Shown here piece by piece: positions 59,497 through 64,000 of a DNA stretch of 64,000 nucleotides. The translations under genes were made by a program, and so were the position numbers. The notes beneath the pieces are model-generated. The model saw nothing but the letters and a program-made list of their open reading frames with translations, did no database searches and had not been told where the DNA came from. Position 1 is the first letter of the stretch. The number at the start of each line of letters is the position of its first letter. Source of the DNA: Felis catus (lineage: Eukaryota); assembly GCF_018350175.1 (NCBI RefSeq), contig NC_058373.1:101620001-101684000 (forward strand). Direction: 5' to 3'.

Positions 59497-60981
59497 CTAA
59501 AATAAAATTAAAATAGTTAGGACCTCTCACTTTATTACAATACAGCAACAAACCTGCCCCATCATCAAATGATAATTAAATTCAGTTAATAAAACAAAAG
59601 CAAAAGTAGGGTATACCACATGTACCAATTTACAGTAAATTCACTATGTGCTAATAACCAGAATCAGATTTAAAGAACTGAAAACATGTTTATATTAGTA
59701 TCATTTAAATGATCTTATACTACTATAATAAATATCTTCAATTTTCAATTTTTCAGTGCCTCTGTTCAACTTATTCTTTCTTCTTGAGATTATTTTTTCC
59801 CTCACCCACAACTATTTACCAGAACTCTTCATTATAAAAACCCTCTTCCTATGTTGGCTCCTCTCTGTAGGTTACCCTGACTCCCTTGGGCCAAAATAAC
59901 TGCATGCCACTCTAATATCCACATAGCACAGGACTTTATAATGCCACCAATATGGCATTTCTCACACTGAAGTATTTATGTACAGGTCTGTGTGCCTCTC
60001 AGGGTGAAGTATTTTCCATCATTTGTGCATGCCCTGCTCTGGTCACAGAATTCAGTGGGACACCAGAGATGGGCTCACATGCTTCAGTCCATTCCCCCAT
60101 TTGTGCTCACATTTCAAAGTCCTACTTCAATTTGGAAATACAAGAAAGAGCCTCAGAATAGAGAGGAACACCAAATGATTTTCAAACTTTGTGGCCAGAA
60201 TCGCCACATACTGTCGTGCAATTTCTACAAGACAAAAGGCCAGGGCCAGGTGGAAGCTCAAAGCCAGCCCGTGCTCCTGTGGTCATGGGCTCTACACCAG
60301 GCTCTGCACTGAGAGCCTGTGTCCAATCAGGAGGGAGGATTCTTCTCATTATTCTGCCCCAACCGGGAGCAGAACTTCTTTGTTCTATTGTACCTAAAGG
60401 CATCATATAAGCAAAAGCAGCCCTGTTCAAGGCCACGATAAAAGTGATCAGTTTGACCTCCTTCTGTGTCATATGCATATTCCTACCACTTGCAGGTGGT
60501 TTCATTAGGGTCACCAAACTAAAAACTGAAGGGTAACCCAGGTAAGACCAGCTTCTCATGGTGTGATGAGCCAAACAAGTATAAATGCAATAGGGGAGAA
60601 AGATCTCATCCACTTATAAAATATATGGCAAGAATGTTTCTGTCTACATCTGGAGAAATGTGGCTATAACATTTAGGGTCACTTAACACATAACTTCAAA
60701 ATCAAAATGTACTGTAAAATCAATAAGGGCAACATACCACTCAAAATAAGAAGCCAAAAGCACCAAGTTTATGGGGGAGCTGCTTTAGCTGCTGTCACTG
60801 GTCATCTAGGGAACAGAGAACCTTTCCTTTGGTGCCCTTCCTCTGGTAGGTTAGGAATAGTATCCTCGTATGTGAGACAGTGTTAACTCAGTATTACCAG
60901 TGATCAATGGAGTTCTGTATTTCTAGCTTTCACTATGCTAGTTTATTTCCCTGTTAAAGTTCTTCACTTCATAAAAAGATC

Positions 60982-61214
60982 TTTTTTTATTTTTTTTTAT
61001 TTTTTTTTTAATGTTTTTATTTATTTTTGAGACAGAGAGAGACAGAGCATGAGTGGGGAAGGGGCAGAGAGAGAGGGAGACACAGAATCCGAAGCAGGCT
61101 CCAGGCTCTGAGCTGTCAGCACAGAGCCTGACGCGGGGCTCGAACTCACAGACTGTAAGATCGTGACCTGAGCTGAAGTCGGACGCTTAACCGACTGCGC
61201 CACCCAGGCACCCC
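60982..61214 (-). mobile_element. CAN-SINE (CNIH1 intron 1)
   Basis: TSD aaaagatcttttttt. Confidence 0.92.
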
Positions 61215-61418
61215 AAAAGATCTTTTTTTTAAATGTTCTAAAATTTTACAAAACTCAACAACCTGATCAAATAAAAAATTATAAGTAAAATACGAATAGA
61301 AGAAAAATAATTAAAATGTAAACTCCATGACAGCAAAATTTTTTTGCTGTATTCACCGCTATGTCCCTGGTCCTAGCACATACTTAAGTGTTCAGTCAAT
61401 ATTTATTGAATGAAAGGC

Positions 61419-61447
61419 GGGGGGGGGGGGGGGGGGGGGGGGGGGGG
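61419..61447 (+). repeat. Poly-G run (29 nt)
   Basis: Direct reading. Confidence 0.9.
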
Positions 61448-61844
61448 AAGGGGTGGAGAGCCCTAGCTTAAAAAAATACAGAACTCACCAAAAGGCATTT
61501 GCCTTTGCTAATAAACCCTACCACATATAAATGCTAAAAATATAAATGTACAATTAGAAGATACTAATTTCTGATTACTTATGGATATTAGTCAAATACC
61601 TGACATTTGTTGTGATACATCCCCAGTGCATCTTAATAATAAAGATCAAGATAAGGACTGTCATTGCAAATAAAATTACTTGCCTATAACAAAGATCCAA
61701 TTTAACAGGAGAGTATAAAACTTACGTTTTAAAACTAACTCCTTTGGACATTTTGTTCAGGTGAGTTCAAGGGATCTTTTAACGAGTACGTTACTGCAAT
61801 GAGTGCTACAAGCTGGAGTTTTCAAAACTCTTCTGAAAAGATTC

Positions 61845-62071
61845 TTTTTTTTTTTTTAATTTTTTTTTTTAACGTTTATTTATTTTTGAAACACAGAGAG
61901 ACAGAGCATGAACGGGGGAGGGTCAGAGGGAGGGAGACACAGAATCTGAAACAGGCTCCAGGCTCTGAGCTGTCAGCACAGAGTCCGACGCGGGGCTCGA
62001 ACTCACGGACCGTGAGATCATGACCTGAGCCAAAGTCGGACGCTTAACCGACCAAGCCACCCAGGCGCCCC
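61845..62071 (-). mobile_element. CAN-SINE (CNIH1 intron 1)
   Basis: TSD tgaaaagattctt. Confidence 0.92.
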
Positions 62072-62352
62072 TGAAAAGATTCTTAACCTAGTGGTTTTCA
62101 TATCTTTTGTTACTGTGTGCCTGGACAAAGACGTTCACAAAATTTCCCCCCAAGTGCAAAAACAAAACAGATATATTCCTAAAGATACCAAACTATGCAA
62201 TTCAGGATACCTTCAAATTTGATGCCTGTCTTTGGAATGATTTTTGTTCAAACAAATCTATGCTCCCAACTCTACTCCCTACAGAGCATCAATCACGTGA
62301 ATTAGGACCAAATAAAGAGATGTAACCATCAACTCAAAAAATAACCTCCATT

Positions 62353-62580
62353 GGGGCGCCTGGGTGGCGCAGTCGGTTAAGCGTCCGACTTCAGCCAGGT
62401 CACGATCTCGCAGTCCGGGAGTTCGAGCCCCGCGTCAGGCTCTGGGCTGAAGGCTCGGAGCCTGGAGCCTGTTTCCGATTCTGTGTCTCCCTCTGTCTCT
62501 GCCCCTCCCCCGTTCATGCTCTGTCTCTCTCTGTCCCAAAAATAAATAAACGTTGAAAAAAAAAAATTAAAAAAAAAAAA
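62353..62580 (+). mobile_element. Young felid SINE (SINEC_Fc-like)
   Basis: Perfect TSD aaaaaataacctccat; CpGs intact; near-identical to 24145-24400. Confidence 0.93.
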
Positions 62581-63287
62581 TAACCTCCATACAACAGTTA
62601 ATGTAAACAGGATTCTTTGAATTTCTAACTGAAATTTCCAAATGAGTCTTCTGATACTTAAAACTACCTAAGAAGATAAACTGAAGGTTATGTAGTTAAC
62701 CTTATGTAGTTAACAGAAAAATTTAAACTATATATTTTGGAATTTTCAATTTGTTCCCAAAGGATGTAGAATACTCTGAACTAAGAAATCCTTAAGGATA
62801 AGGCTCTCTGTACCCTGCGGAGTACCAATGAAGTCTTAAAATTTTTTTTTAATTCTGTAACAGGACTTAAAATTACCTAGTTCACCCGGACATATATTCA
62901 CTTCAAAGCTGAAACTAAATTACCCATTTTTTTAAAAATTCAGTTCAGGTATTCCTTAAGCTAAACACAACCTGTTCAAAATGTAAACGTGGCCATCCAC
63001 AGTTCTCTTCTCAGAATCCTTACCATCCATCAAGCAGGAAGTGACTTAAATTTACATATACAAACGGAAGGGAATCACACATTTCACGTCCACCAAAGGC
63101 TTACTAAAGTGGAGCTAGTTTGCATCTGAAATTATCTTTATTTATTGTTCTTCCATCAAAGAGACTAAAACGCTCTTAATTTATTGGTTCCTACCCACAA
63201 GCATTTTGAGGGAGGAATTACTTAACAGCCTACCTAAGTAAGTATTCCCCACTATACAAGCAGTTGGGTTCTAAAATAATTATTAAC

Positions 63288-63490
63288 AGGGGCTCCTGAG
63301 TGGCTCAGTCAGTTCGGCTCAGGACATGATCTTGAGGTTGGTGAGTTTGAGCCCCACATCAGGCTCTGTGCTGACAGCCCAGGGCCTGGAGCCTGCTTCG
63401 GATTCTGTGTCTCCCTCTCTCTCTGCCCCTGTCCTGTTTGCTTGCTCTCTCTCTCTAAAATAAACAAACATTAAAATTTTTTTAATAAAA
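63288..63490 (+). mobile_element. CAN-SINE with small head deletion
   Basis: Head and tail; flanking aaaataattat repeat. Confidence 0.88.
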
Positions 63491-64000
63491 AAATAATTAT
63501 AAACAATCACACTCTTCAGCAAAAGAGAGTAATTTGTGATATCATTCTACTTTTGAGATTTTTTTTTTACAAGACACTGCTATTTAAATCACGCTGCCCG
63601 TCTATGTTCCATAAGAAATCCTTGTTATAGGGCTGATGACACAGGACTTAAAATTTACATGGGACTGAACGTGTCCAATCATTCAAATGAAAACTAATAT
63701 CCTAAAAGGTACTAAAAGGATATGAGGGCAGAAGCAAATATAAGATAAATGTTTTAATGAATGCTGATTTCCAGAAGGCTGCTTCTCATTTTGTGCTAGA
63801 GAAACAAGAATCCTTCGAAATCTGTTGTAGAACTGTCAGGGGAAACTTCCTTGTTCCTTACAGGAACCAGTAAAGATGTGCTTCAATCCTGCGGCATGAT
63901 GTGAGTAAAAAGAAAAAAAAAAAAATGCCCTAGGAAAATTTAAGATTTCTGAGCATTTTCAAAATCAAATTAAAACTAGCTCTACTAAATCCAGCTACCC

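Noticed and set aside
59952..60161. ORF starting MAFL..., resembling the CNIH1 start (MAFT...)
   Set aside because: Wrong strand and no further similarity; CNIH1 exon 1 was not found and must lie beyond 64000
1..64000. A novel multi-gene system, CRISPR array, operon or integrated virus
   Set aside because: All coding signal I can recognise is explained by CDKN3, CNIH1 and L1 remnants. Repeats are dispersed SINE, LINE, LTR and MITE copies, not repeat-spacer arrays. LTRs are solo, with no gag/pol.

Overview
Felid (cat-family) genomic DNA, identified by about 32 carnivore tRNA-derived CAN-SINEs, two of them young felid-type copies. It contains two convergent protein-coding genes. CDKN3 (KAP phosphatase) is complete on the + strand: 8 coding exons from 27945 to 44928, 639 nt, 212 aa, all GT-AG introns, intact HCYGGLGRS catalytic motif, and a CpG-island promoter with 4 CCAAT boxes, a CHR element and GC boxes. 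CNIH1 (cornichon 1) is on the - strand: coding exons 2-5 lie at 59496-51709 and exon 1 is beyond the right edge. The first ~27.6 kb has no recognisable gene. It is a mosaic of L1, L2, MIR, MaLR/ERVL LTRs, hAT MITEs and SINEs with one repeat-poor block containing a CTCF-like site. I found no evidence for a new multi-gene system. The leads worth following are RNA-processing and regulatory features: an in-frame internal donor in CDKN3 exon 2, tandem acceptors, possible SINE-driven intronic polyadenylation, inverted SINE pairs around exons and in a putative long CNIH1 3'UTR, a diverged tandem duplication, a possible L1 3' transduction and a palindromic MER53. Repeat family names come from visual recognition and their boundaries are approximate. 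Exon boundaries were counted by hand and are frame-consistent.
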